A stretch of DNA of 64,000 nt, taken from assembly GCA_016936575.1 (NCBI GenBank), contig JAFGXQ010000082.1, positions 333-64,332 on the forward strand, in the 5' to 3' direction. Shown piece by piece: positions 63,965 to 64,000 of this stretch; positions within the stretch are counted from its first letter, which is position 1; each line of letters opens with the position of its first letter. Origin of the DNA: Deltaproteobacteria bacterium. Lineage in GTDB: Bacteria > Myxococcota_A > Polyangia > JAAYKL01. The notes under the pieces were generated by a model, which searched no databases, was not told the origin of the DNA, and saw only the letters and a program-made list of their open reading frames with translations. Both the position numbers and the translations under genes were made by a program.

Positions 63965-64000
63965 GTTGTTTCGTTTGAAAGTTCCTCATCGTGGCGACCG

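Noticed and set aside
1-64000. Search by eye for tRNA/rRNA genes, transposases, integrases, toxin-antitoxin pairs, restriction or other defence genes
   Set aside because: I recognised none. The only mobile-element trace is the ORF6N remnant. Absence by eye is not proof, and tRNAscan- or Rfam-type scans should confirm it.

Overview
Chromosomal-looking 64-kb segment with about 60 protein genes. I recognised no rRNA, tRNA, CRISPR array or intact mobile element by eye. The content suggests a motile, diderm, largely anaerobic bacterium with deltaproteobacteria-like traits: multihaem cytochromes, a CxxxY-type CcmE, a 2-oxoacid:ferredoxin oxidoreductase, DUF507 and many lipoproteins with acidic linkers. 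The lineage is inference only. Housekeeping anchors are sfsA, trxB, ilvD, an acyl-CoA carboxyltransferase, cmk-rpsA, homocysteine S-methyltransferase, HIT, ccmE and yicC-gmk. Notable blocks: (1) 11-5594, a tightly coupled operon of an Otr-like octahaem cytochrome, a heptahaem-c/cytochrome-b fusion and a split YeeE/YedE transporter carrying a Cys-less rhodanese tail. (2) 33978-40489, an eight-gene operon joining a four-subunit 2-oxoacid:ferredoxin oxidoreductase to a NuoE/F-like flavoprotein, a truncated NuoG-like FeS protein and a polyferredoxin. This may be an NAD(P)-linked or bifurcating 2-oxoacid oxidoreductase, and it is my strongest candidate for an undescribed system. (3) 40656-48484, a flagellar filament locus with two flagellins, two FliS, FliD, FlaG, a sigma54-type promoter, a weaker sigma28-type promoter and conserved flagellin leaders, followed by odd trailing genes. 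A third flagellin lies at 63065-63892. (4) An ECF sigma / FecR anti-sigma pair followed by DUF4349 lipoproteins that share a shuffled domain. (5) A 1326-aa orphan lipoprotein. Two gene remnants (ORF6N, ABC ATPase) mark decayed DNA. All functional calls rest on motifs read by eye and on recalled family signatures; no database search was possible.
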